From assembly GCA_030390025.1 (NCBI GenBank), contig JASTWF010000171.1, positions 496,001-560,000 on the forward strand: 64,000 nt of DNA, read 5' to 3'. Both the position numbers and the translations under genes were made by a program. Position 1 is the stretch's first letter. Each line of letters opens with the position of its first letter. Of the stretch, positions 1 through 13,001 are shown one piece after another. The notes under the pieces were generated by a model. That model ran no database searches. It saw nothing but the letters and a program-made list of their open reading frames with translations, and had not been told where the DNA came from. The stretch comes from Squalus acanthias. Its lineage: Eukaryota.

Positions 1-930
1 AATGTTAGAACAAGTTCAGCCAGGTGGAGGAGGATGCTGTTGGATGTGGACTGATTCGGCCACCGTTCAAGGAATAAGTGGAGGACCCTCAAACCGTCCT
101 GGTGGGGGATGAAGGTGTAGAGGGACTGGACATCCATGGTGAAAAGAAGAGAGTTAGGGCCAGGAAACTGGAAACTGTTAAAGTGGTGGAGGGTGTCAGA
201 AGAGTCGCGGATGTAGGTGGGAAGAAAGTGGACAAGGGGAGAAGAAATAGAGTCCTGATAGGAAAAAATCTGTTCCGTGGGGCAAGAACAGGCTGAAACG
301 ATGGGTCTACCAGGGCAGTCCTGTTTGTGGATCTTGGGAAGGAGGTAGAAGCAAGCTGTGCGGGGTTGGGGACTGTGAGGTTGGAGGCCATGGAGGGAAG
401 ATTTCCAGAGGAGATGAGGTTAGTGACAGACTGGGAAACAATGACGCTCAGCCTCCACAAGGTAGAGGCCAGTTCGTCAAACAACATCAGCGCCACCCTT
501 GTCAGCAGGTTTAATGACTGTAAGGGTTGGACCTGAGGGAACGGAGTGTTGCAAGTTCAGAGGGAGGTAGGTTCGAGTAGATTTGTGAGCAGTGTATTAA
601 AATTGAGACAGCCGACGTCACGCCAGCAGTTCCCAGTGAAAGATCTAGAGAGGGTAAGAGGGCAGAGGGAGGGGTCCAGGTGGAACGAAAATTCTGAAGC
701 TGAGAGATAGTTTCTGCTGTGTGGAGGAAGTCTCCTGGCCAAAGAAGTAGGGGCGAAGGCGATGGAAAAAGAGCTCAGCATCGTGCTGAGCTCGAAATTC
801 ATTGAGGTGGGAGCATAAGGGGAGGAAGCTGAGGCCTTTGCTGTGAACTGATTGTTCGGGATCAGAAAAGTGAATGTCAGAGGTGACATAGTGTTGGACA
901 TCCTGGAGAGATGTATGTTGGACACCTTGG
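1..930 (-). mobile_element. Degenerate Penelope-like retroelement, N-terminal RT region
   Basis: Minus-strand translation gives PGRPIVSACSCPTE and LPTYIRDSSDTLHHFNSFQFPGPNSLLFTMDVQSLYT, typical PLE RT motifs; frameshifted; right boundary approximate. Confidence 0.75.
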
Positions 931-1328
931 GGAGTTATGGGTTAACAGTCAATCTTCTTTGTATCTTGGATTAACAGGCTTCCAGACTTTCCAAGATATA
1001 AGCAGGATGACTGTGAAGTCAAAGAATGCATTGCTTGTTTTTTGAGATGTAAAGTGCTTGTGTAAGGGTATAAGTGCAGGTTATAAAATGTAAACTTTAG
1101 TTTTAGGGTAATAAAACAGGGGTAGCAATCCATTAGATACAGAGAGCAGTTGGTACAGCTTTTACTTCAAAGATGCGAACAGATGTTAAGTCAGGAAGTC
1201 TCGTGTCGGGGAAGTGGTTCTGAGGTTGACAATTGCAAACTGTTAATATAGGTAGTCTGATTTCAAAGTATTTGGGAAATAGATAAATCATACAGCCTTA
1301 TCCACGGCATTATCCTTTAATGTCAAAA

Positions 1329-1695
1329 TATGGGCACGTAATTTCCGATAGGAGGCTTCCTGCGTGCGGATGCCTACTATCGGAAAAAAATCTACGCCCT
1401 TACCTGAGGGCTCCCGAGATCCGGACACTTCCGATGCTGGGCCTCTCCACAGTTGAAATGCACAGGGCCCACGTATCCCAGGGGCGCAGGCAGTTCACAA
1501 GCGTCCCTGGGATCACGTGGGACAGGCCAGCCAATAGGAGAAGAGAATCTCCCTTCATACTTTTGACAGATAGACCCGGCAAAAGTATGAATGGCTATCA
1601 CCCCAAAAAGACACGAAAACATTAAATACATTTTTAAAAACCCATCACGTTTTTAAAATGAGTTAAAATTACATTAAATTAAATATTAAAGAGTA
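1329..1695. mobile_element. Left half of a hairpin-rich non-autonomous element split by the CR1 insertion
   Basis: Terminus atgggcacgtaatttccgat is an imperfect inverted match to tcggaaaatacgggccat at 5727-5744; internal hairpin at 1342-1386. Confidence 0.4.
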
Positions 1696-4600
1696 AAAGA
1701 ACTAGGAAGGTAGTGCAGGAGTCCCCTGGGTCCATCTCCCTCTCCAACAGATTTTCCGTTTTGGATACTGCTGGGGGAGATGGTTTCTCAGGGGAATGCA
1801 GCAAGAGCCAAGTCCTTGGCACTATCAGTGGCTCAGCTGCACAGGAGGGGAGGAAAAAGAGTGAGAGAGCAATAGTGATGGGGATTCTATCGTAAGGGGA
1901 ACAGATAGACGTTTCTGTGGCCACAGACGTGACTCCAGGATGGTATGTTGCCTCCCTGGTGCCAGGGTCAAGGATGTCACTGAGCAGCTGCAGGACATTC
2001 TGAAGGGGGAGGGTGAACAGCCAGAGGTCGTGGTCCATATCGGTACCAACGACATAGGTAGAAAGAGGGATGAGGTCCTGCAAGCAGAATATAGGGAGCT
2101 AGGAAATAAATTAAAAAGCAGGACCTCAAAGGTAGTAATCTCAGGATTACTCCCAGTGCCACGTGCTAGCGAGAGCAGAAATAGGAGAATAGACCAGATG
2201 AATGTGTGGCTAGAGAGATGGTGCAGGAGGGAGGGATTTAAATTCCTGAGGCATTGGGATCGATTCTGGGGAAGGTGGGACCTGTACATGCTGGACGGGT
2301 AACACCTCGGCAGAACCGGGACCAATATCCTCGCAGGGGTGGGAAGGATTTAAACTAGTTTGTCAGGGGGCTGGGAACCTAAGTGTGGGCCCAGAACAGA
2401 GAGAAACAAAGCTGGAAGAGCAAGTTAGAAAAGTAGTCAGCAAAACTAGTAGGGAGCAGAAACAAAGGCCAACAGTAAAGAGGGTCAAAGTGCAGAAAAA
2501 TATTAAACTGGCAAAGTTGAAGGCACTTTATCTAAATGCACGTAGCATTCACAACAAGGTGGATGAATTAATGGCACGAATAGAAGTAAATGGATATGAT
2601 GTAATTGCCATTACAGAGACATGGTTGCAGGGTAACCAAAGCTGGGAACGGAATATTCCAGGGTACTCAACATTTAGGAAGGACAGACAAAAAGGAAAAG
2701 GTGGCGTAGTGCTGTTAATAAGGGATGAGATCGGTACGGTAGAGATAAAAGCTCTTGGCTTGGCAGATCGTGATGTAGAACTGGAATCAGTTTGGGTGGA
2801 GCTAAGAAACAGCAAAGGGCAGAAAACATTGGTGGGAGTTGTGTATAGGCCACCAAACAGTAATGGTAATGTAGGGCACAGTATCAATCAAGAGATTAGA
2901 AGTGCATGTAACAAGGGCAATATGGTAATCATGGGGGACTTTAATCTACATATTGACTGGGCAAATCAAATTACCACTAATGGTGTGGAGGACGAATTCT
3001 TGGAATGCATGCGAGATGGTTTCCTGGATCAGTATGTGGAGGAACCAACCAGGGAACAGGCTATTCTGGATCTGGTACTGTGTAATGAGAAAGGGCTAAT
3101 CAATAATCTTGTGGTAAAGGGGCCTTTAGGGACAAGTGACCATAATATGATTGAATTTTATATTAAGTTTGAGAGTGATGTAGTCCAGTCTGAAACTACG
3201 GTCTTCAATCTAAACAGAGGAAACTACAAGAGTATGAGGGACAAGTTGGCCATGGTAGATTGGGAGATTACACTAAAAGGTATGAAGGTGGACATACAAT
3301 GGCTAACATTCAAGGAAATAATGCATAATTTGCAACAAACATATATTCCTCTAGGGCATAAAAACCCAAAAGGAAAAGTGATCCAACCCTGGCTAACAAA
3401 AGAAATTAAAGCTAGTATTAAGTCAAAGGAGGAAGCTTATAAAGTTGCCAGAAAAAACGGTCAGCCTGAGGATTGGGATCGTTTTAGAAATCAGCAAAGG
3501 GGGACCAAGAAATTGATAAAGAAAGGGAAAATGGAATATGAGCACAAACAAGCAAAAAATATAAAAACGGATTGTAAAAACTTCTATAGGTATGTGAAAA
3601 GGAAAAGACTGGCGAAGGTAAATGTAGATCCTTTACAGTCAGAGGCGGGATAATTTATAATGGGGAATGAGGAAATGGCAGAGAAATTAAATAAGTACTT
3701 TGTTTCTGTCTTCACGGAGGAAGACACAAAAAACCTCCCAGAAATACGAGAAAACCAAGGGTGTGGCGAGAATGGGGAACTTAAAGAAATTATTATTAGT
3801 AAAAAAACAGTACTAGCAAAATTAATGGGACTAAAAGTCGATAAATCTCAAGGACCGGATGACCTACATCCTAGGGTTTTGAATGAGGTGGCCATTGGGA
3901 TAGTGGACACATTGATTGTCAGCTTCCAAAATTCTCTAGATTCTGGAACGGTTCCTGCAGATTGGAGGATAGCAAATGTAACCCCGCTGTTTAAGAAAGG
4001 AGGGAGAGAGAAAATGGGGAACTACAGACCTGTTAGCCTGACATCAATAGTTGGGAAAATGCTGGAATCTATTATAAAGGATGCAATAACTGGGCACTTA
4101 GAAACTAATAGTAAGATTGGGCAGAGTCAACATGGATTTATGAAAGGGAAGTCCTGTTTGACAAATCTATTGGAGTTCTTTGAGGATGTAACTAGTGGAG
4201 TAGACAAAGGGGAACCGGTAGATGTGGTGTATTTGGATTTTCAGAAGGCCTTCGATAAGATCCCACACAAGAGGTTGGTGAACAAAATTAGGGCACATGG
4301 AAGTGGGGGTAATATACTAGCATGGATTGAGAATTGGTTAACAGACAGAAAACAAAGAGTAGGGATAAACGGGTCTTTTTCAGGATGGCAGGCTGTGACT
4401 AGTGGGGTACCGCAAGGATCGGTGCTTGGGCCCCACCTATTCACAATCTATATCAATGATTTGGATGAGGGGACTAAATGTAACATTTCCAAATTTGCTG
4501 ATGACACAAAACTAGGTGGCAGTGTCAGTTGCGAAGAGGATGTGAAGAGGCTTCAAGGGGATCTCGATAGGCTCAGTGAGTGGGCGAGAACATGGCAGAT

Positions 4601-5421
4601 GGATTATAATGTGGATAAATGTGAAGTTATCCACTTTGGTAGAAAAAACAGAAAGGCAGAGTATTTCCTAAATGGTGAAAGATTGGGGAATGCAGATGCT
4701 CAAAGGGTCCTGGGTGTCCTTGTACATGAGTCACTGAAAGTGAATGTGCAGGTGCAGCAAGCCATTAGGAAGGCAAATGGTATGCTGGCCTTCATTACAA
4801 GAGGATTTGAGTACAGGAGTAAAGAAGTCTTACTCCAATTATATAGGGCCTTGGTGAGACCACACCTGGAGTACTGTTTACAATTTTGGTCTCCTTACCT
4901 AAGGAACGTTATACTTGTCATAGAGGGAGTGCAACAAAGGTTCACGAGATTGATTCCTGGGATGGCAGGACTGTCGTATGAGAAGAGATTGAGTAAACTA
5001 GGCCTGTATTCTCTTGAATTCAGAAGAATGAGAGGGGATCTCATTGAAGCATACAACATTATTACAGGGCTTGATAGGGTGGATGCTGGGAGAATGTTTC
5101 CCTTGGCTGGGGAGTCTAGAACCAGGGGCCACAACCTCAGGATAAAGGGTAGGCCATTCAGGACTGAGATGAGAAGAAATTTCTTCAAACAGAGGGTGGT
5201 GAATCTTTGGAATTCTCTACCCCAGAGGGATATGGAGGCTCAGTCATTGGGTATATTCAAAACAGAAGTCGATAGATTTCTGAATAGTAAGGGCATCAAG
5301 GGATATGGTGATATGCCGGTGAATGGAGTTGAGGCAGAAGATCAGCCATGATCTCATTGAATGGCGGAGCAGGCTCGAAGGGCCGAATGGCCTACTGCTG
5401 CTCCTATTTCTTATGTTCTTA
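1696..5421 (+). mobile_element. Near full-length CR1 LINE: 3' part of ORF1 (SGNH esterase) plus ORF2 (APE endonuclease and RT), inactivated
   Basis: ORF1 motif VVVHIGTNDI; ORF2 motifs YLNARS, ITETW, GDFN, SDH, NYRPVSLTS, YLDFQKAFD, GVPQGSVLGP, KFADD; a single TAA at 3651-3653 splits ORF2; CR1 tail cctatttcttatgttctta. Confidence 0.95.
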
Positions 5422-5745
5422 TTTTACGGGGCTAAAAATAAAGTTACCTTTTTTAAAAGTATTTTTAAATTATAAAGGAGTGAAAACATTTTAACTTTTT
5501 TCACTCTTATGCTGGTAAAAGCTTTTACCAGGTGTAAGATTTCTAAGGGTTTTCAGCGGGCGGAGGTTCTGCAGAAAGCAGAACTCTCCCCCCACAGAGG
5601 CCCTTCTCCAGATCATTCTTGACAGATTGGAAATGCCGGTTTTCAGCGCATGTGCTGTGCATGCCTGAAACCGGCATTTCCGATGTCCCTACGGGTGAGT
5701 ACACAGCACGTACACACCCGTAGGCATCGGAAAATACGGGCCATT
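5422..5745. mobile_element. Right half of the hairpin-rich non-autonomous element
   Basis: Two overlapping stem-loops (5629-5681 and 5678-5733) and a terminal inverted match to 1329-1350. Confidence 0.4.
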
Positions 5746-6697
5746 ATGTATAAAGGAGCATGGGGAAAACGCTCCACTGGCTGGAATCATACCTAGCACA
5801 AAGGAAGATGGTTGTGGTGGATGGAGGTCAATCATCACAGCCCCAGGACATCGCTGTAGGTGTTCCTCAGGGCAATGTCCTCAGCCCAACCATCTTCAGC
5901 TGCTTCATCAAAGACCTTCCCTCCATCATAAGGCAGAAGTCGGAATGTTCGCTGATGACTGCAGAGTGTTCAGTGCCATTCGCAACTCCTCAGATAATGA
6001 AGCAGTCCATGCCCGCATGCAGCAAGACCTGGACGCCATTCAGGCTTGGGCTGATAAGTGGCAGGTAACATTTGCGCCAAACAGGTGCCAGGCAATGACT
6101 ATCTCCAACAAGCGAGTGCCTAACCACTGCCCCTTGACATTCACCGGTATTACCATCCCCCACCATAAATATCCTGGGGGTCACCATTGACCAGAAACTT
6201 AACTGGACCAGCCACATAAATACTGTGGCAACAAAAGCAGGTCAGAGGCTGGGCATTCTGCGGCGAGTGTCTCACCTCCTGACTCCCCAAAGCCTTTCCA
6301 CCATCTACAAGGCACAAGTAAGGAGTGTGATGGAATACTCTCCACTTGCCTGGAGGAGTGCAACTCCAACAACACTCAAGAAGGTCGACACCATCCAAGA
6401 CAAAGCAGCCCACTGGATTGGCACCCCATCCACCACCTTAAACATTCACTCCCTCCACCACCGGCACACCATGGCTGCAGTGTGTACCATCCACAAGATG
6501 CACTGCAGCAACTCGCCAAGGCTTCTTCGGCAGCACCTCCCAAACCTGCGACCTCTTCCACCTAGAAGGACAAGGACAGCAGGCGAATGGGAACACCACC
6601 ACCTCCAAGTTCCCAGCCAAGTCACACACCATCCTGACTCGGAAACATATCGCCGATCCTTCATCATTGCTGGGTCAAAATCCTGGAACTCCCTCCA
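5746..6697 (+). mobile_element. 5'-truncated non-LTR LINE RT fragment (CR1/L2 group, second family)
   Basis: GVPQGNVLSP, MFADDC, YKAQVRSVMEYS and WNSL motifs across frameshifts. Confidence 0.85.
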
Positions 6698-7164
6698 GGA
6701 GGCAGGTTGGTCATTTCAATATTTTAACCTGCTTTATAGGTTTAACAACGGCCGCCCATGTTTCCCAGGCCTGGGGAAACCCGGCAGTTGAAGGGGGGAA
6801 GAGGTCAGCTTCGGGGAGGAGGTAAGTGCCTTTCCAGCGCTGCTTGTGGGCCTGAAGGAGCAGGAGTGTTTCCCCCCCGGCCCCCCCAGGCTTACCCTCT
6901 TGCTTTGCTTCGCACCCTCCCCACATCAGACCCCACCCGATACAAAGACCCCCGGGATCGACCCCCCCCGGGGTCGGGGACTGGATCTACCTACTCCTGC
7001 TGCCTGCTCCGAAGTGCTCCCACTCGCGGGGACACTGGCAAAGAAAAGAGTCGCACGGTATGAAGTCAAAACTGCACAGCATGAAGTTCCGGGTTTCCCG
7101 ACCGAAACTCCGCTCCCACCTACGCAACCCGCCCTGTCAAGATCGGGGCCATTATATCGATATT

Positions 7165-8072
7165 AGGTTCGAGCGGGAGAAGGGTGAGTCACAAACCAAG
7201 GTTTTAAATTGAGGTAAGGCCGACTTTGGAGGATGAGTCAAGAATTGACCACAATAGACTGGGCAGAACTGTTAACGGGTAAACCTACAGATGAACAGTG
7301 GGCGGTGTTCAAAACAGCACTTGGTAGATTACAGGACCTGTCGGGAGCCCTAAAGGACAAGAGCTCCATGTGTGTAATTAAACAACCTTGGTCAACAAGG
7401 GAAGTGAGAGATAGTATAAAATGAAAAGACTGGACTTATACAAAAGCACAGAACAGTAGAGATCCCGTGGACTGGGGGAGAGATAAAGAACAGCAAAGGG
7501 ATGCACAGAAAGTAGTAAGAGCCGCAATAAAGGAATATGAGAAAAAGCTTGTGAGGAACATCAAGGATAACACTAAAGGTTTTTACAAGGATATTACGAG
7601 AAAGAGGGTGGGTAAGAGTAATGTGGGTCCCTTAAAGAGAGATACCGGTGATATTGTCATTGGAAATAAGTGACTGGCAGACTTACTAGCTGGCTACTTT
7701 ATATTGGTCTTCACAGTAGAGAATGAAGATAACGTGCCAGAGATACAAGGACAACTAAAAATAAATCAAGGATAGGAACTAACTAGAACTCGCTCGATTC
7801 AGGAATTATTCCCTTGGATTGGGAAATTGCCAATATCACTCCATTATTTCAGAACAGTGGGAGAGAGAAACCAGGAAATGATGGGCCTGTTAGTTTAACG
7901 TCAGTTGTGGGGAAGTTACTAGAATCGATTATTAGGGACAGAGTGATGGAGCATTTGGGCTAATATGAGCTGATCAGAGAGAGCCAGCTTTGATTTGTAA
8001 AGGTTAAGTCATGTCTAACGAAACTAGTTAAATGTATTGAGGAGGTAACTAACGTGGTCGATGAGGGAGTGT
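7165..8072 (+). mobile_element. Old degenerate CR1 ORF2 fragment
   Basis: IKDNTKGFYK, VGPLK and downstream RT-like remnants with many stops. Confidence 0.75.
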
Positions 8073-8194
8073 CCTTCATGTTCCTCATATTACTTTTTTG
8101 CAGCTCTTACTACTTTCTGTGCATCCCTTTGCTGTTCTTTATATCTCACTCAGTCCACGGGATCTCTACTGTTCTTTGCTTTTGTAAAAGCCCT

Positions 8195-10188
8195 GTTTAT
8201 TACTGGGTGTATGGTATATTACTGGGTGTACGGTATATTACTGGGTGTACGGTATATTACTGGATGTACGGTATATTACTGGGTGTACGGTATATTACTG
8301 GGTGTACGGTATATTACTGGATGTACAGTATATTTCTGGGTGTACGGTATATTACTGGGTGTACGGTATAATACTGGGTGTACGGTATGTTACTGGATGT
8401 ACGGTATATTACTGGGTGTACGGTATATTCCTGCGTGTACGGTTTATTACTGGGTGTACGGTTTATTTCTGGGTGTACGGTTTATTTCTGGGTGTACGGT
8501 TTATTACTGGGTGTATGGTTTATTTCTGGGGGTACGGTTTATTACTGGGTGTGCGGTATATTTCTGGGTGTACGGTTTATTTCTGGGTGTACGGTTTATT
8601 ACTGGGTGTATGGTTTATTTCTGGGGGTACGGTTTATTACTGGGTGTACGGTTTATTACTGGGTGTACGGTTTATTTCTGGGTGTACGGTTTATTACTGG
8701 GTGTATGGTTTATTTCTGGGTGTACAGTTTATTACTGGGTGTACGGTATATAACGGGGGTACGGTATATAACTGGGGGTACGGTATATTCCTGGGTGTAC
8801 GGTATATTACTGGGTGTACGGTATATTACTGAGTGTATGGTTTATTTCTGTGTGTACGGTTTATTACTGGGTGTACGGTTTATTACTAGGTGTACGGTTT
8901 ATTTCTGGGTGTAGGGTATATTACTGGGTGTGCGGTTTATTTCTGGGTGTGCGGTTTATTTCTGGGTGTGCGGTTTATTACTGGTGTACGGTTTATTTCT
9001 GGGTGTACGGTTTATTTCTGGGTGTGCGGTTTATTACTTGATGTATTGTTTGTTACTGGGTGTACGGTTTATTACTGGTGTACGGTTTATTTCTGGATGT
9101 ACGGTTTATTACTGGGTGTACGGTTTATTACTGGGTGTACGGTATATTTCTGGGTGTACGGTATATTTCTGGTGTACAGTTTATTTCTGGGTGTACGGTT
9201 TATTTCTGGGTGTACGGTATATTACTGGGTGCACGGTATATTACTGGGTGCACGGTACATTACTGGGTGTACGGTATATTACTGGGTGTACGGTATATTA
9301 CTGGGTGTACGGTATATTTCTGAGTGTACGGTTTATTACTGGGTGTACGGTTTATTACTGGGTGTACGGTATATTACTGGGTGTACGGTTTATTTCTGGG
9401 TGTACGGTATATTTCTGGGTGTACGGTATATTACTGGGTGTACGGTATATTACTGGGTGTACGGTATATTTCTGGTGTACGGTTTATTACTGGGTGTACG
9501 GTATATTTCTGGTGTACGGTTTATTACTGGGTGTACGGTTTGTTACTGGGTGTACGGTTTATTTCTGGGTGTACGGTTTATTACTGGGTGTACGGTTTAT
9601 TACTGGGTGTACGGTATATTACTGGGTGTACGTTTTATTTCTGGGTGTACGGTTTATTACTGGGTGTACGGTATATTTCTGGGTGTACGGTATTCTGGGT
9701 GTACGGTATATTTCTGGTGTACGGTTTATTTCTGGGTGTACGGTATATTGCTGGGTGTACGGTATATTACTGGGTGTACGGTACATTACTGGGTGTACGG
9801 TATATTACTGGGTGTACGGTACATTACTGGGTGTACGGTACATTACTGGGTGTACGGTATATTACTGGGTGTACGGTATATTACTGGGTGTACGATATAT
9901 TACTGGGTGTACGGTACATTACTGGGTGTACGGTATATTACTGGGTGTACGGTTTATTTCTGGGTGTACGGTATATTACTTGGTGTACGGTATATTACTG
10001 GGTGTACGGTATATTTCTGGTGTACGGTTTACTTCTGGGTGTACGGTTTATTACTGGGTGTACGGTTTATTACTGGGTGTACGGTATATTACTGGGTGTA
10101 CGGTTCATTTCTGGGTGTACGGTATATTACTGGGTGTACGGTATATTTCTGGTGTACGGTTTATTACTGGGTCTACGGTTTATTACTG
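8195..10188. repeat. 19-bp minisatellite (actgggtgtacggtwtatt), about 105 copies
   Basis: Directly visible 19-bp period; source of spurious repetitive ORFs. Confidence 0.97.
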
Positions 10189-10849
10189 GGGGGGGGTGGG
10201 CACAGTGTGATGGGTGAATGGGGGAAGGGCTGGGAATGGGACTGAGCAGAGAGCTGTTTCAGAGGTTTGATTGCCTGCAGTCCACATGTTCTAACCCTCC
10301 TCCATTTCACTATGACCCTGCACACACACTCCTCACTCTCCTTGGTTGCTATGTCTAGTTGTGTCTGGTCCCACCCACGTCCTTGTCTGCTCGCTGCCCC
10401 TCCCTTGTGTTTATCTCTGTTGGAAAGTCACTGAAGTAAGTTTTATAAAGTTGTTGATCAAATCCACGTCTATACAGCACGGTTCATGTCCCCAGGACAC
10501 CTCACACCCTGTGAATAATTTGAAACTGTTGTTCTAACATGTAGCCGAGTATCAGGGCTTGAATCCTGCCCGCTGAGGTCAACACAATACTGTTACACAA
10601 CCCTGGCAATCCCCTGTCACAGTCCACAGTCTCTGCACTGGCTGCAGTCCAGCTTCTTCTGAGAAGCTAATGTTTACTCATTCTGTAACCCTTGCATCGA
10701 GCACGGGACTCCCACTCACAGTGTGCGAGTCACAACTGCACCAGACTTGGCCCAGAATCATCTCCCGATCCCAGCTTCTGTGTTGAGCCTCAGAATGTCA
10801 CTCAAGGTATCAAACCACAGAAAGTAACTCCTCAGAGTATCACACCTCA

Positions 10850-11258
10850 GAGATGTGGGCGTCGCTGGCGAGGACAGCATTTATTGCCCATCTCTGATTG
10901 CCCTTGAGAAGGTGGTGGTGAGACACTTCTTGAATACAACTGAGTGACTTGCTCGGCCATTTCAGAGGGCAGTTAAGAGTCAAACACATTGCTGTGGGTC
11001 TGGAGTCACATATAGGCCAGACCGGGTAAGGACGGCAGATTTCCTTCCCTAAAGGACATTCGTGGACCAGATGGGTTTTTAATGACAATCCAGTAGTTTC
11101 ATGTTTACTATTACTGAAACTAGCTTTTTCTTAAAAGTCCAGATTTATTTAAAAAAGTTCAATTTGAAATTTCCCAGCTGCCATGGTGGGATTTGAACTC
11201 ACATCATTAGTTCCAGTTTACTGGATTACTAGTCCAGTGACCTAACCACTATGCTACC
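10850..11258 (-). mobile_element. tRNA-derived shark SINE with LINE-derived tail
   Basis: Reverse strand begins ggtagcatagtggttagg (A box) with a gagttcaaatccc B-box-like motif; tail shared with the LINE 3' end near 42080-42150. Confidence 0.7.
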
Positions 11259-11499
11259 GGACCCACTGCTAATCAAATATCTGACTGACTAAATGTGAAG
11301 AATCGAGCATAAAGTACAATGAGAAATCATTGGCCAATTAAATCTGTCACTCAATTTCAAAGTCAATCAAGTTGCTCAAAATTTCCCTCCCACTGGTGGT
11401 GGGACCTTGCTGGTTCAGTCAGGGCAGTGCACAACTCAAAATAACATTAAATAAATCTCACACGTCTGAAAAAAGCACCCACAAAACTTGGTCACTGAA

Positions 11500-11915
11500 T
11501 AATCTCTTCACGTAACTGAAGTCCCTCATCCCTGGTACCATTCGAGTAAATCTCCTCTGCACCCTCTCCAAGGCCTTGACATCCTTCCTAAAGTGTGGCC
11601 CGAATTGGACACAATACTCCAGCTGGGGCCTAATCAGTGATTTATAAACGTTTAGCATAACTTCCTTGCTTCTGTCTCTATTTATAAAGACAAGGATCCC
11701 AAATGGCTTTTTTAACAGCCTTATCAACTTGTCCTGCCACCTTCAATGATCGGTGTACATTCACTCCCAGGTGTCTCTGTTCCTGCTCCACCTTTACAAT
11801 TGTACCATTTAGTTTATATTGCCTCTCCTCATTATTCCTTCCAGGATGCAGCACTTAAACACTTCTCTGCATTGCATTTCATCTGCCATGTGTCCGCCCA
11901 TTTCACCAGTCTGTC
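11500..11915 (-). mobile_element. CR1 RT C-terminal fragment
   Basis: YKSLIRPQLEYCVQF and ALERVQRRFTRMVPG. Confidence 0.85.
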
Positions 11916-12487
11916 CAATGGGATGTTGGCCTTTATCTCGAGGGGGCTGGAATACAAAGTGGAGGAAGTGATGCTTCAGGTGTCCAGAGCCTTGGTCAGA
12001 CCCCATCTGGAGTAACTGTGTTCAGTTCTGGACACCACACCTCAGGAAGGATAGATTGACCTTGGAGGGGGAGCAGCTCAGATTGACCGGAATTATACCA
12101 GGGCTTAAAGGGAGGTTGTGTAAACTTGTCTTGTATTCCCTTGAGTATCGAAGGTTGAGGGGTGATCTAATCTATTTCCTGTGGTGGGGGAATCAAGAAC
12201 AAGGGGACTTAATCTTAAAATTAGAGCTGGGCTGTTTCAGAGGGAAATCAGGAAGCAGATTTTCACAAAGGGTAGTAAACATTTGGAACTCTCTCCCCCA
12301 AAGGCTGTGGGTGTTGGTCCCACTGGACAGTTTAAGACTAAGATTGATCGATTTTTTTGGGTAACGGTATCAAGGGAGATGGAAAAAGCCGTGAAAATGG
12401 AGTAAAGATACAGATCAGCCAGTGATCTAATTGAATGGCGGAGCAGACCAGAGGGGCTGAATGGCCTCCTCCTGTTCCTCATGTTCT
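11916..12487 (+). mobile_element. CR1 3' end fragment abutting the class I promoter
   Basis: GMLAFISRGLEYK, RVVNIWNSLP and CR1 tail gaatggcctcctcctgttcctcatgttc. Confidence 0.85.
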
Positions 12488-12536
12488 TCCCTCTGTCACT
12501 TTCTGCATCAAACTTATTTCAGTTCAGCTCATCCTG

Positions 12537-12578
12537 CCTGGCAACTGATGACGTGCCTAGCAGTATTTCTCTGATTGG
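12537..12578 (+). promoter_or_regulatory. MHC SXY-type enhancer: X1 (cctggcaactgatg), X2/CRE (tgacgt), Y box (ctgattgg)
   Basis: Close match to the canonical MHC X box CCTAGCAACAGATG with 20-bp X1-to-Y spacing; about 400 bp upstream of the ATG; second CCAAT near 12704 and TATA-like tttaatata near 12748. Confidence 0.85.
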
Positions 12579-12952
12579 ACAGTTCACGATGTTTGGAAAG
12601 TTTATTTCTGACTCTATAACTCGTGCTCTCTGGGACTCTTCTACCCGGAGCCTGCCGACTCCCAGCCTGGTTTTATTCTGGTTGGACACAAACATACGTC
12701 GAACCAATCAGTACGGAGGTGTCTGAGCGCCCAGGAACATCTGCTGGTTTAATATAGTCAGTCCAGGGCGCTGCTCAGACTCAGAGCGCAGGGCTCAGGA
12801 ACCACAGACCCAGGGCACAGGCTGAGGCACAGAATCAGAGCAGGGCTCAGGACTCACACGGTCCGCACTGGGCACAGATGACGGTCTGAGCTGCTCGCTT
12901 GGAAAAGGATTGTCCGTAAACTGCTCCTCCCAGCCTGTCGAGGGAAGCAACA

Positions 12953-13001
12953 ATGATTGGACTGATAGTGCTGGCCCTTCTGTGTGGAGGGGTCTCTGCA
13001 G
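12953..13001 (+). CDS. MHC class I exon 1, signal peptide MIGLIVLALLCGGVSA
   Basis: Hydrophobic leader ending VSA, donor CAG|gtgagt, phase 1 joins to GSHSLRYF. Confidence 0.9.

Noticed and set aside
8054-10245. Long YWVYG/CTVY ORFs up to 451 aa
   Set aside because: Artefact of a largely stop-free 19-bp repeat
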